From NCBI GenBank assembly GCA_964458595.1, contig CAYWJQ010000003.1, forward strand, positions 123,116-187,115: a DNA stretch of 64,000 nucleotides. Reading direction: 5' to 3'. Every line of letters begins with the position of its first letter. Within the stretch, counting starts at the first letter, position 1. The notes under the pieces were generated by a model. That model saw nothing but the letters and a program-made list of their open reading frames with translations. It made no database searches and was not told the DNA's origin. The position numbers and the translations under genes were made by a program. This stretch comes from an uncultured Thermoplasmata archaeon. Its GTDB lineage: Archaea; Thermoplasmatota; Thermoplasmata; Halarchaeoplasmatales; Halarchaeoplasmataceae. Below, one piece after another: positions 50,760 to 60,376 of this stretch.

Positions 50760-52294
50760 AAGAACTTCCAGAAGAGAAATTAATGCTGCTGAAAGAAGAC
50801 GTGTATAATTTACGTCTGTTTACCTCATTGACCAATGATTATCTCGCGAAGATAAGACAAAGCATCGGTGAAGACAGTTTGAAAAAGTTTTTTGAATCTA
50901 GTGCTGTCAAAGAACTAACGTTATTTTCATACGATGTTTTAGATGATGAAGATAATTTATCGAGTAAAAAATTGAAGTCGAACTTAGTTTCCGATAATAA
51001 AAGCGAGAGAATCGAGCATATTTGTAATGAGTTCAGTCAGATTTTGTCTGGTTTAGTGGATTTTTACGGGAAATCTACATCGATTGATTATGCGAGATCA
51101 GAGCTGGAAAAAAGTTTTGGGGAAGTCAGAGAGAAGGTCGGTGAAAACCCGATCATATTTGATATACTCCGAAATCTGCCTGAAGAGGTTATGGAGGATG
51201 AAGGATATTCCCTTCTATCGAGGCAGGAATTGGAGTCTAAAGTAGAGAAGAGAACCGCTGAATTAGAGAATGTAATGGACACTATGGTGGATACTCTCAT
51301 CAAAGTAGATTCGAACGGAGATATAGAGATGGCTAATTATTCTCTTTATGAGTTGTTAGGCTATGAAGAGGATGAGGTTGTAGGCTCGAAGCCGGATAAA
51401 TTATTTTTAAAAGAGAAAGATGAACTAGGAAATGAAAAGTCACCTTGGAGAGAGATTTATAGAAAAATCAGAGAGAATGGATATACCAAGGACTACGAGG
51501 CGTATTATAAAACAAAAGGGGGTGAAAAGATTCCAGTCACATTCTCAGGATCAGTGATGGACTTGGAAGATCTGGAAATAAAGGGAAGGCCTGGAATAGT
51601 CTGCGTTGGAAAGGACATAACGGAACGGAAAGAAGCTGAAGAAAGGGCAGAATTTTTACATTCCTTGCTCAGGCACGACTTGGGAAACAAATTACAGATA
51701 ACTAGAGGCTTTTTGAATCTTGTTGATACCTCTGAGCTCCCTGATGAGGATAAAGAATACGTCGAAGATTCACTAAAGGGAGTCGATGGAGGTATCGAGT
51801 TGATAGAAAATATAAGAACTCTCAATGATCTTGAATCCGGGGAAACTAAGATGAAACCGATGGATTTAAAGGATACTTTAGAGGAGAGTATAAAGCGTCA
51901 TGATGATCTGAGAAAAAAGAAGGAATTTAAGATCGATAATAGAGTTGGGGATGAGGGGAAGATTGTCGAGGGTGGAGTACTGTTAAAAGAACTTTTTTCG
52001 AATCTTATAGAAAATACTCTCAAGCATTCCGAGGGCAGCATGATGGAGATCTCATGCGAAGAGAATGACCGAAGGATAAAAGTAATGGTGGAGGACGATG
52101 GGAAGGGCATCCCAGATGATATGAAAGATAAGATAACCGAGAAAGGCTATCAAGGCGAGGGATCCTCAGGGTCTGGTCTAGGTATGCATCTAGCTAAAAG
52201 GATCGCCCTCACCTATGGAGAAGCTTTTGAAGTGAAGGATTCGAAGTTGGGAGGAGCAAGATTTGATATAGTTTTGAACGCGGTAGAAGAATGA
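50726..52294 (+). CDS. PAS-domain sensor histidine kinase (C-terminal part)
   Basis: LESKVEKRTAEL linker, PAS ...KDITERK, H-box RHDLGNKL, N-box LFSNLIEN, DDGKGIP and GSGLGM. Confidence 0.9.
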   Translation: MYSKLTVSTSLEELPEEKLMLLKEDVYNLRLFTSLTNDYLAKIRQSIGEDSLKKFFESSAVKELTLFSYDVLDDEDNLSSKKLKSNLVSDNKSERIEHICNEFSQILSGLVDFYGKSTSIDYARSELEKSFGEVREKVGENPIIFDILRNLPEEVMEDEGYSLLSRQELESKVEKRTAELENVMDTMVDTLIKVDSNGDIEMANYSLYELLGYEEDEVVGSKPDKLFLKEKDELGNEKSPWREIYRKIRENGYTKDYEAYYKTKGGEKIPVTFSGSVMDLEDLEIKGRPGIVCVGKDITERKEAEERAEFLHSLLRHDLGNKLQITRGFLNLVDTSELPDEDKEYVEDSLKGVDGGIELIENIRTLNDLESGETKMKPMDLKDTLEESIKRHDDLRKKKEFKIDNRVGDEGKIVEGGVLLKELFSNLIENTLKHSEGSMMEISCEENDRRIKVMVEDDGKGIPDDMKDKITEKGYQGEGSSGSGLGMHLAKRIALTYGEAFEVKDSKLGGARFDIVLNAVEE

Positions 52295-52399
52295 ATTATT
52301 GATCTTTTAATGCTGTACTAGATTCACTTGATCGGTAGGAAAAATGCCCTCACTCGGAGACCGATCAATTTATAAAAAAAGAATATCTACTCTGAAGAG

Positions 52400-52699
52400 A
52401 TGGCAGAGGACGATGGCAGGCAACGGTACGTAGCTTTCATGATCGAAGGCGGAGAGACCGACAGGAGAGGCATGATAGAGGCTATCAGAGATGAATTTTC
52501 TAGAAAAGAATATGATGAGATAAAACCGTGGTTGACCGTCTTTGAAGAAGATAGAGGGATAGTCAGGTGTAAACATACCGGTAAAAAAAGAGCGATAGAG
52601 ATATTGAATGAGATCGAAGTCGGCGGAGGCAAAGTAAAGACTATAAAAACCAGCGGGACAATAAAGAAGGCCAAGAAAGTGTTGACTGACCATGAATGA
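52400..52699 (+). CDS. rnp2: RNase P protein component Pop5/Rpp14
   Basis: R.RYVAF.I, GIVRC.H and TIKTSGTIKKA motifs. Confidence 0.85.
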   Translation: MAEDDGRQRYVAFMIEGGETDRRGMIEAIRDEFSRKEYDEIKPWLTVFEEDRGIVRCKHTGKKRAIEILNEIEVGGGKVKTIKTSGTIKKAKKVLTDHE

Positions 52700-54338
52700 T
52701 GATAGATGGGAAAAGAAAACAGATAGAAGAGAAAGAGTCGATATTTTAGTCGTTGACGGATATATCGACGAACCGAGTCTTTTGGGCGTACCACCTTACT
52801 TATCTCCAGAGCCCAGGATGTTAGTTGGTGTTGCCAGAGAGTCGGATCTGACTTGGGAATATATCACCGCAGACGAGTATAGGCGTAACGGCGTACCTCT
52901 AGGGGATATCATCCTTGTTCACGGAGGCGTGACCGTTCCTGGAAAATATATCGGTGGAACGCCTCTGACAGTGGAGGAAGCGGAAGAGATTGCCGAGGAG
53001 CCCGGAGAAACGTTCTTAGGGGGGCCTTTGGCGAGATATGAAGATGTTGATGGTTACGATCACTATGCGGAGAAGGATCTTGCGGCTTACTTTTACGATT
53101 CTCTTTTCGGAGAGGGTGAAGACAGATGGGCCGAGCCTGCTGAGATGGAGGACTGGCTGAAGTATGGGCATAAAGTTGTGGAAAGACATCCGCTTTTCCC
53201 GGATCCTTTAATCCTGGAGATGAGCGCTTATAGAGGCTGTCCGAGATATTTCACCGGCGGCTGTTCTTTTTGTTCCGAACCATCTTATGGAAAGCCTCAG
53301 TTTAGAGATCAGGAAGATATAATCGAGGAGATGGAGCTGTTATATGAGAAAGGGGTCAGGAATTTTAGACTCGGAGGCCAGTCCTGCACGGTGAGCTATA
53401 AAGCTGAAGGTATAGGTGAAAGGGAAGTTCCGATACCGAAGCCTGAAGAGATCGAAAGTTTATTCGAAGGTATCGATGAAGAGTGTCCGGATATAGAAGT
53501 TCTGCACGTAGATAATGCGAATCCCGCCGTGATATCTGAATATCCGGAGAAGAGTAGAAATATACTGGAAACTTTGGTTGAATACACCACATCCGGAAAC
53601 GTTCTAGCTCTTGGGATGGAAACCGCAGATGAAGACGTGATATTGGATAACAATCTCAATGCTGACCCCTTACAGGTCAAAGAAGCTGTGAGGCTGATAA
53701 ATGAAGTCGGTAGGAAGAGAGGCGAGAACGGGATGCCGAAACTGCTGCCCGGACTCAATTTTCTAGGCGGCTTAAAAGGCGAAACTAGAGAGACTTACGA
53801 GAAAAACTATCGATTTTTGGAGGAACTGATGGAAGAGGATCTCCTGCTCAGGAGGATAAACATCAGACAGGTACTATCGCACAGCGGAGAATTTTCGGTA
53901 AAATACAAGAACGAATTTAAACAGTTCAAAAAGAAGGTCCGCGAGAACATAGATCAACCGTTATTGGAAAAGATGCTGCCGGAAGGGACCACCCTGAAAA
54001 ATGTTTACATGGAGAAGATGGATGGCGAGACCACTTTCGGTCGTCAGGTCGGTACATATCCGTTACTGGTGGGTGTTGATTATCCTTTGGAACTCGGTGA
54101 GTATTATGATATCATGATTACGGATTATGGCTATAGAAGTGTTACGGGAATTCATAGGCCGTTTTATGTTGAAGATGCCTCTTTTAATCAACTTCAGAAG
54201 ATCCCGGGCATAGGAAAGAAAAGGGCCGCGACCATATTTAGAAAGAGGCCGGAAAGTGTCGAGGAACTAGGAAATATTATAGAAAATGGAAAGACGCTCG
54301 AAGAGATATCGAAGTTCGTAGAATTCAAAGGAGAATAG
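52692..54338 (+). CDS. Radical SAM protein with C-terminal HhH (COG1031-like)
   Basis: DGYIDEPS.LGVPPY, RGCPRYFTGGCSFC (CX7CX2C), H.DNANP, RRINIRQV, GRQ.GTYP and IPGIGKKRA motifs. Confidence 0.88.
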   Translation: MNDDRWEKKTDRRERVDILVVDGYIDEPSLLGVPPYLSPEPRMLVGVARESDLTWEYITADEYRRNGVPLGDIILVHGGVTVPGKYIGGTPLTVEEAEEIAEEPGETFLGGPLARYEDVDGYDHYAEKDLAAYFYDSLFGEGEDRWAEPAEMEDWLKYGHKVVERHPLFPDPLILEMSAYRGCPRYFTGGCSFCSEPSYGKPQFRDQEDIIEEMELLYEKGVRNFRLGGQSCTVSYKAEGIGEREVPIPKPEEIESLFEGIDEECPDIEVLHVDNANPAVISEYPEKSRNILETLVEYTTSGNVLALGMETADEDVILDNNLNADPLQVKEAVRLINEVGRKRGENGMPKLLPGLNFLGGLKGETRETYEKNYRFLEELMEEDLLLRRINIRQVLSHSGEFSVKYKNEFKQFKKKVRENIDQPLLEKMLPEGTTLKNVYMEKMDGETTFGRQVGTYPLLVGVDYPLELGEYYDIMITDYGYRSVTGIHRPFYVEDASFNQLQKIPGIGKKRAATIFRKRPESVEELGNIIENGKTLEEISKFVEFKGE

Positions 54339-54348
54339 AGGTGATGAT

Positions 54349-55419
54349 TTGCAGCATATAGACGTGAAACCGATATGGTCGGACAGTATGGGGGCCAAAA
54401 GCACGTGCGTGAAAGTGGAGACGTCGGATACCTCTATGATCTTGGATCCCGCTGCCGCGGTCATGCAGAAAAGCTATCCTTTGAAGACTGAAAAAAAGTA
54501 CGAGTTATTGGATAGGGCTCGAAGAGAGATAGAAAAAGCTGCAGAGGGTGCGGAACACGTTTTCATCTCTCACTACCATTATGATCATCATTTTCTGCCC
54601 GATACCAGCGGTATAGATTTCTCAACAGTCTTTGAAGATAGAGAATTGTGGATCAAGGATCCAAATAGATGGATCAATCCTTCGCAGTGGAACCGGAGTA
54701 GAAAATTTCTGCAGGCACTTTTGGGCTTGGAAGATAAAGAGTTGGATATAGCGGATTTTGAATTTGACGCTGAAGAGAAAGAGTACGAAGATCCATTGAA
54801 AGAATTACCCATGCTTCAAGAGATCGAAGAAGGCGATTATGGAGATAGAAGGGAAGAACTTCACGAAAAGTGGAGAAAGAAATTTTTTGATCGGACCGAG
54901 ATGTGGAATAACGAGAAGCACGTAAAAGAGCCTTTGAAGCGAGTCCATTTCGCAGACGGTAAAACTATCAGGGAAGGAGATACCACGATAAAGTTTACAA
55001 AACCTATGTTCCACGGTATAGAGTACTCGAAAACAGGTTGGGTGTTGAGTGTAATCGTGGAAAAGGGGGATGAAAAGTTCATCTACACTTCCGACCTTCA
55101 AGGGCCGACTATAGAGGATTATACACAGTGGATAATCCAGGAGGATCCAGATTTTCTGGTACTGGACGGCCCGGCTACTTACCTTTTAGGATACATGCTC
55201 AACAATTTTAATCTAGATCGATCGGTAAATAACGCTGAAAGGATAGTAGAAGAATGCGATTTCGAAACCTTGCTCTATGATCATCATATCGCTCGGGAGT
55301 CGGGTTTTAGAGAGAAAACCGAAGCCTTATGGAAAGCTGCTGAAGAATCGGAAGGCGAGGTTCAGACTTTTAGGGGATATTTAAAAGGTGAGAAACCGCT
55401 GGTCGAAGAAATAGATTAA
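54349..55419 (+). CDS. MBL-fold metallo-hydrolase (UPF0282-like)
   Basis: DSMGAKS, SHYHYDHH, FADG, SDLQGP, DGP.TY and DHH motifs; TTG start after a GAGGTGA RBS. Confidence 0.88.
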   Translation: MQHIDVKPIWSDSMGAKSTCVKVETSDTSMILDPAAAVMQKSYPLKTEKKYELLDRARREIEKAAEGAEHVFISHYHYDHHFLPDTSGIDFSTVFEDRELWIKDPNRWINPSQWNRSRKFLQALLGLEDKELDIADFEFDAEEKEYEDPLKELPMLQEIEEGDYGDRREELHEKWRKKFFDRTEMWNNEKHVKEPLKRVHFADGKTIREGDTTIKFTKPMFHGIEYSKTGWVLSVIVEKGDEKFIYTSDLQGPTIEDYTQWIIQEDPDFLVLDGPATYLLGYMLNNFNLDRSVNNAERIVEECDFETLLYDHHIARESGFREKTEALWKAAEESEGEVQTFRGYLKGEKPLVEEID

Positions 55420-55940
55420 TCTATCCTTTTGAGTCCTTCTTTGTAACGTTTCGGAAAGGAGGCGTACTCTTCCTTGATCTCTTTCCATTTCTTTTTATAG
55501 GCATCTGATATTTCTTTTACCTCTTCAGCGGGAATACCTACAACGACATTCTCTTCCTCGACAGTTTGACCATTGCTGACCACCGCACCTTCTCCGACGA
55601 CGCCCCAATTTTTGACCTCGGCGTCATCGCTGACTATCGATCCCATACCTATGACCGCGTAATCGTAAATGGTCGCTCCATGGATTATAGCTCCGTGCCC
55701 TACGGTGACCCAATCTCCTATCTCCGTTCTCTCGTCGGGCCTCGCGTGCATCACGCAGTTCTCTTGTACGTTCGTGTTACTTCCTATCACTACGGTGCTG
55801 TAATCTCCTTTTATCCTGGTTCCGGGCCCTATGTAACAGTTTTCTCCTACAGTGACGTCGCCAATCACCGTTGCGCTTTTAGCTACGTAGCTTTTCTCTG
55901 AAACTTTAGGTTTCCTACCTTCGAACTCGTATATGGCCAT
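55416..55940 (-). CDS. Gamma carbonic anhydrase family (hexapeptide repeat) protein
   Basis: IGDV.VG, TNVQENCVMH, VTVGHGAIIHG and VVGIPA motifs. Confidence 0.92.
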   Translation of the reverse strand: MAIYEFEGRKPKVSEKSYVAKSATVIGDVTVGENCYIGPGTRIKGDYSTVVIGSNTNVQENCVMHARPDERTEIGDWVTVGHGAIIHGATIYDYAVIGMGSIVSDDAEVKNWGVVGEGAVVSNGQTVEEENVVVGIPAEEVKEISDAYKKKWKEIKEEYASFPKRYKEGLKRID

Positions 55941-56020
55941 AATCGCATATTAATTAAAGAGATTAAAAACCTTCCTCAAATGGAAAACGATATTATTCAC
56001 CCGCCCCATGTTATTAACCG

Positions 56021-56497
56021 ATGAAATACGTCCTGGACACTTCGGCTATACTTTCAGGAAAAGATATTCCACTGGATGATGACATGTACGTGCCACCTGG
56101 AGTCCTATCAGAGATAAGCGAGGGTGGACGCTGGCACAGGAAATTGGAGATGATGAGATCCGCGGGTCTGCAGGAATTGAATCCTCCTGGAAACTTGATC
56201 AACAGGGTAAAACAGCACTCTAACCAGACCGGAGATGCGATCCGTCTGTCGGATACCGACGTAGAAGTATTGGCTTTGGCCATATATGTGGAAGGTACGA
56301 TCCTTACCGACGACTACTCCATCCAGAACATGGCTAAAAACATGGATATAGAGTATAAAGGTGTGGCTCAAGATGAAATCGACGAGGAGTGGGAATGGGA
56401 ATACAGATGCGAAAACTGCCGTAGGTGGATCAAAGAACCGAAAGACGAATGTCCTAGGTGTGGAGGAGAAGTCACAAGCGCTAAGCTTGTGAGATGA
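56021..56497 (+). CDS. nob1: Nob1-like PIN + Zn-ribbon endonuclease
   Basis: VLDTSA, LSDTDVEVLALA, TDDYSIQN and C..C...CP.CG motifs. Confidence 0.92.
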   Translation: MKYVLDTSAILSGKDIPLDDDMYVPPGVLSEISEGGRWHRKLEMMRSAGLQELNPPGNLINRVKQHSNQTGDAIRLSDTDVEVLALAIYVEGTILTDDYSIQNMAKNMDIEYKGVAQDEIDEEWEWEYRCENCRRWIKEPKDECPRCGGEVTSAKLVR

Positions 56498-56501
56498 TTC
56501 C

Positions 56502-57137
56502 TTAGTTTATCCTGTCTAAAATATTTCCAGCTCTTTCGAAGGCTCTTTCTTTGAACTCGCCTTCCCTTTTTTCTTTATCTAAAAATTGTTTGATCTCTTT
56601 TTTGATCGTGGTTAGATGTTTATCCCTGTGTCCTTCGTCGATCGCTTTTTCCCCCTGCAGTTTTTGACCTCCTTCATGGAAGCCTTCGGCGAAGTACCAG
56701 TCCTTGAACCAGGTGAAACCTCTCTCGAAGAGTTTGAACCCCAGTCTAGTGCAGGGCGGAGGTGATCCACTCGATAGTAGACTCCTAGTTTCTTTGTCCT
56801 TGTAATATCCGATGAAGATCCTTCCGCCTTTGTCTAATTTTCTAGAAAAAACATCTAGAAGATAATCCTCCACTTGAGAGTCGAAAAATGCAAATTCTTT
56901 ATTTTCTAGAAAAGGCTCGGGCTGGATATCGAACAGCTCTATCCAAGGCTTGTAGTAGGGACTTTTCCCGTAGTAAACACTGACTCTCATCAACCTTCTC
57001 TTCTTTTCGCCCTTCTCTATCATCAATTCAAAATATTCTTGTCGGGATATCCGGCCTTCCTCAAAATTCTCTCCGTAGATGTTGTATCCGTCTATCTTTT
57101 TGCCTTCTTTTAGGTTACTGGTCAACTTTTCGGTCAT
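56502..57137 (-). CDS. DUF1122 family protein
   Basis: PYYKPWIELF, TRLGF.L...GFTWFKDWYF.EG..EG..KLQ.EK pattern. Confidence 0.85.
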   Translation of the reverse strand: MTEKLTSNLKEGKKIDGYNIYGENFEEGRISRQEYFELMIEKGEKKRRLMRVSVYYGKSPYYKPWIELFDIQPEPFLENKEFAFFDSQVEDYLLDVFSRKLDKGGRIFIGYYKDKETRSLLSSGSPPPCTRLGFKLFERGFTWFKDWYFAEGFHEGGQKLQGEKAIDEGHRDKHLTTIKKEIKQFLDKEKREGEFKERAFERAGNILDRIN

Positions 57138-57222
57138 CCGTTTTTCACTCTCTCATCTTTCACTACTTATGATTCTGATAGAAGAATGATTTTATTAACT
57201 TTTCCGATTTCGATGAGATGAT

Positions 57223-57969
57223 TCACTTTTTACAAATCACGATCTGCTGGCCGGAGTTGTTAGTGAATTCCGATTCATCAAAATCGCCGTACTTGTGTTC
57301 GATCTTAAATCCGTTGTATTTTAGAACTTCATGGACTTCTTTTGGAAACCAGATCCGGTTCGTCCATTCTCTTTTTTTCGTCGTATCGCCATATTCATAG
57401 AACCATGTAAGATGCATCAACTGGGAAGCTTTCTCATAGCGTACCTTTTCGGTTATCTCAACACTCCCCCTTGTCTCGGGATGATCGTATTCCATAACGG
57501 GATATTCTTCTTCAGGATCTCTCGTCAGGATATCGAGGTCGGGATTGAAGAATTCGATTATAAATCTTCCCTCGGGTCTAAGATGATTTTTTACATTTTT
57601 TAATAACATCTCCATGTCTTCGAGCGTCAGGATATGATGGATAGAATTGAAGGGAACGAATATCAGATTGAATCTTTTATTTAGAGAAAAAGTTCTCATA
57701 TCGTCTCGGATCCAATCGATTTCTAGATCGCTTTTTTCCGCTTTACTCTTAGCTCTTCTCAAGAGTTCTTTTGAGATATCCAACCCGATTATCTTATGCC
57801 CCTCTTTCGCTATAGGGATTGTTATCCTCCCGGTCCCACAGCCGAGCTCTAGTACCGGATCACCGTACTTTTCTACCTGTCTTTTGTAGAAGGGGATATC
57901 GATCTTTCTTTCAGTCATCGCATCATAATGTTCTCCGTCGAAATAGATGGGAAGCGATTCTTTTACCAT
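57223..57969 (-). CDS. Class I SAM-dependent methyltransferase
   Basis: VLELGCGTGR, GLDIS, DMR and HLRPEG motifs. Confidence 0.92.
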   Translation of the reverse strand: MVKESLPIYFDGEHYDAMTERKIDIPFYKRQVEKYGDPVLELGCGTGRITIPIAKEGHKIIGLDISKELLRRAKSKAEKSDLEIDWIRDDMRTFSLNKRFNLIFVPFNSIHHILTLEDMEMLLKNVKNHLRPEGRFIIEFFNPDLDILTRDPEEEYPVMEYDHPETRGSVEITEKVRYEKASQLMHLTWFYEYGDTTKKREWTNRIWFPKEVHEVLKYNGFKIEHKYGDFDESEFTNNSGQQIVICKK

Positions 57970-57983
57970 CTTCTCATGCGGCC

Positions 57984-58652
57984 TTATTCATTTTTTATAT
58001 AATAAAGTCTATTGCTTTGGTCTTCTTCCGCAAATTCAACCTGAACTTTATCCTTTATAGAGAAATCTTTTTCGATGATATCTTCTATTTTATCGTCTTC
58101 CAGATTCCAGAAGTAGATCCCACTTTCTTCTCTATAAAAGTTATCTGAGATCTCTTCGGCTTTGAATTCTTCCATCTTTTTCGGTTCGATGTAATCGTTC
58201 AACTTGAGAAAAATCTTACCGCCGGGCTTTATTATCCTTTGGAATTCGTCGATCAGTTTTCTCGCATCCTTCGGGATGAGATTGTCCAAAACGTTAGAAA
58301 GTATGCCCGCATCGAATCTATCATCTTGATAGTTTTTCAGGTCCACGATGCCTCCAACGAAAAAGTCCGTTTTTTCTTCTATATCGTTTGAGACTGCAAT
58401 ACTTTTTGCAGTTTGGATCCCTTCTGGACTTATATCTAAACCGACCCCTCTTTCAGCTCCTTTTGCCAGGCATCTCATCAATAACTTACCGTTCCCACAG
58501 CCGAAATCGATCACCGAGGCCTCGTTCGAGACCAACCAATCTAACCCTCCTTCGATCTCTTCAAAGGAAAGACTTTCTCTGTAATCAAAATCTTCGTCGT
58601 GATCACTGAAAACATCGTCCCAAAATTCCACGGTCCTCTCGTAAGATGACAT
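57984..58652 (-). CDS. Class I SAM-dependent methyltransferase
   Basis: VIDFGCGNG, GLDIS and RIIKPGG motifs. Confidence 0.9.
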   Translation of the reverse strand: MSSYERTVEFWDDVFSDHDEDFDYRESLSFEEIEGGLDWLVSNEASVIDFGCGNGKLLMRCLAKGAERGVGLDISPEGIQTAKSIAVSNDIEEKTDFFVGGIVDLKNYQDDRFDAGILSNVLDNLIPKDARKLIDEFQRIIKPGGKIFLKLNDYIEPKKMEEFKAEEISDNFYREESGIYFWNLEDDKIEDIIEKDFSIKDKVQVEFAEEDQSNRLYYIKNE

Positions 58653-59066
58653 GATGAAAGTTCAAAAACTACCATTATATTAATCAATCGTTCATATCTG
58701 AAAATAAAGCCGTATTTTACCTCTTTTAAGCGTTTAAAAATCTTATTTTTGGGCAAATAAAAAATAACTCCTAACTCATATATGCTTTAAAGAAGCGATC
58801 TAGCCGGGAAAACGGATTCTTTCAGGATAAAAAAAGTAGATCGCCAACTATCATGATCAAGGTTGAAGATCCATCTTCAGAGGAATAATATTTCCTAATT
58901 AGGTGGGTGAAATTCCAACTCATTTGGGATCACGCTCTGTGATCTAAACAGGTGCTCAAGGAGTCTTTAAGGAATGAAATTTCACGGGATTAAAGATGTG
59001 ATGAAGCTAAAAGGAATTTCCTGCTTTGATTATATATGGAAAAGGCGCGAATAGAGGTAGATTAAA

Positions 59067-59951
59067 ATGAAATACGTGATAAAAGAAGACAGCAGATATC
59101 CCTTCTCTAAGGGTATCTTGGCAAGATCTCTGGACATTACAGGTCTATCGATCGATAAGATATATGAGATAGTTCAGGAAGTAAATGAGGAGATCCAGGA
59201 AAGGGAAGGAAAAGAGATCCGATCCAAAGAGATTAAGGAAAAGATTAGAAAGAAACTGCTCGATAAAGGCTATGAAAAGGAAGAAAAATTTTATCGAATT
59301 TCTAGGGAAATCAGATATCTCGATAAGCCTCTATTGATCTTGATAGGAGGGGGCCCGGGAGTCGGTAAATCCACACTTTCATCTGAATTGGGCCACAGGT
59401 TGGGGATAAACAGGGTGATCGGAACGGATACGATAAGAGAGATAATGAGAACTATGCTGACCTATGATATCGCTCCCAATCTCCATGAATCGACCTACAT
59501 GACCGACAAGAGCGTAGCAGCGCCCTTCGTAAGTAACAAATTGATATACGGTTACGATCAGCAGGTGAATCTGGTGAGTTCTGGGATGAAAGCGGTAATC
59601 GATAGAGGAGTGAAGGAGGGACTCAATACTATCATAAATGGAGTCCACATAGTACCCGGTTATCTCGATTTGGACGATAACGAGGACGCTTGGGTCTTTC
59701 AATATGTACTGGAAGTCCCTAATCTAGATGAACATGTAGAGAGGTTCAAGATGAGGGCCGAGGGCAGCCACAGAGATCCGGATAGGTATATCGACAGGAT
59801 AAATAAGATAAGGGAGATCCAGGAATTCACTATCCAACAGGCGAGAGAGAACGATGCTAAAGTCATCACAAATATAAATATGGAGGCGACGATACGGGAG
59901 ATGATCGAGGACGTCATAAAAGGCTTAGAACAGGTGGTAGATGATGAGTAA
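59067..59951 (+). CDS. pgk2: 2-phosphoglycerate kinase (ATP-cone + P-loop)
   Basis: YPFSKGILARSL ATP-cone start; LIGGGPGVGKST, IGTDTIREIMR, LHESTY and GVHIVPG motifs. Confidence 0.85.
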   Translation: MKYVIKEDSRYPFSKGILARSLDITGLSIDKIYEIVQEVNEEIQEREGKEIRSKEIKEKIRKKLLDKGYEKEEKFYRISREIRYLDKPLLILIGGGPGVGKSTLSSELGHRLGINRVIGTDTIREIMRTMLTYDIAPNLHESTYMTDKSVAAPFVSNKLIYGYDQQVNLVSSGMKAVIDRGVKEGLNTIINGVHIVPGYLDLDDNEDAWVFQYVLEVPNLDEHVERFKMRAEGSHRDPDRYIDRINKIREIQEFTIQQARENDAKVITNINMEATIREMIEDVIKGLEQVVDDE

Positions 59952-60375
59952 TTCGGCACCGAAATTTTACGATATAGATATACCGATCCGTAATTTCGTA
60001 ACTAAAAGGGTCATAGGAGTAGATTTGGAAAAGAGTGTCCAAGAGGCCGCGGAGATGATGGTCGAGTTCAATATCAGTTCTTTGACGGTCGTGGAAGATG
60101 ATGAGATCATCGGGTTTTTTACTGATGGTGACATAAAAAAGAAAGTCGTCGCGGAAGGTCTGAAACCAGATATACCGGTCAAAGAGATAATGGTGACAGA
60201 CCTCATCAAAGTCGATATCGATACCAAGGTGAAGAAAGTCCTTGAGCTCATGGCTGAAAAAAATGTCAAACACGTCCTCGTCGAAGAGAAAGATGAAATC
60301 GTTGGTATTATAACTTTTAGAGATCTGATAGAAATAGAAAAACAGAAACTAGAGACCTATATCTCGAGGGAATGA
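59941..60375 (+). CDS. Stand-alone CBS-pair protein
   Basis: AAEMM...ISSL.VV...IIG.FT..DI and HVLV...IVGIIT..DL; overlaps the pgk2 stop. Confidence 0.9.
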   Translation: MMSNSAPKFYDIDIPIRNFVTKRVIGVDLEKSVQEAAEMMVEFNISSLTVVEDDEIIGFFTDGDIKKKVVAEGLKPDIPVKEIMVTDLIKVDIDTKVKKVLELMAEKNVKHVLVEEKDEIVGIITFRDLIEIEKQKLETYISRE

Positions 60376-60376
60376 G

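Noticed and set aside
52328..52368. 9-bp inverted repeat TTGATCGGT/ACCGATCAA upstream of pop5
   Set aside because: It is a single occurrence with a long loop; it could be a terminator or operator but nothing else supports it.
59067..59951. Mevalonate-3-phosphate 5-kinase (a 2PGK homologue of Thermoplasma)
   Set aside because: The protein carries the N-terminal ATP-cone of true 2PG kinases, and a canonical mevalonate kinase is present. Not formally excluded without a phylogeny.
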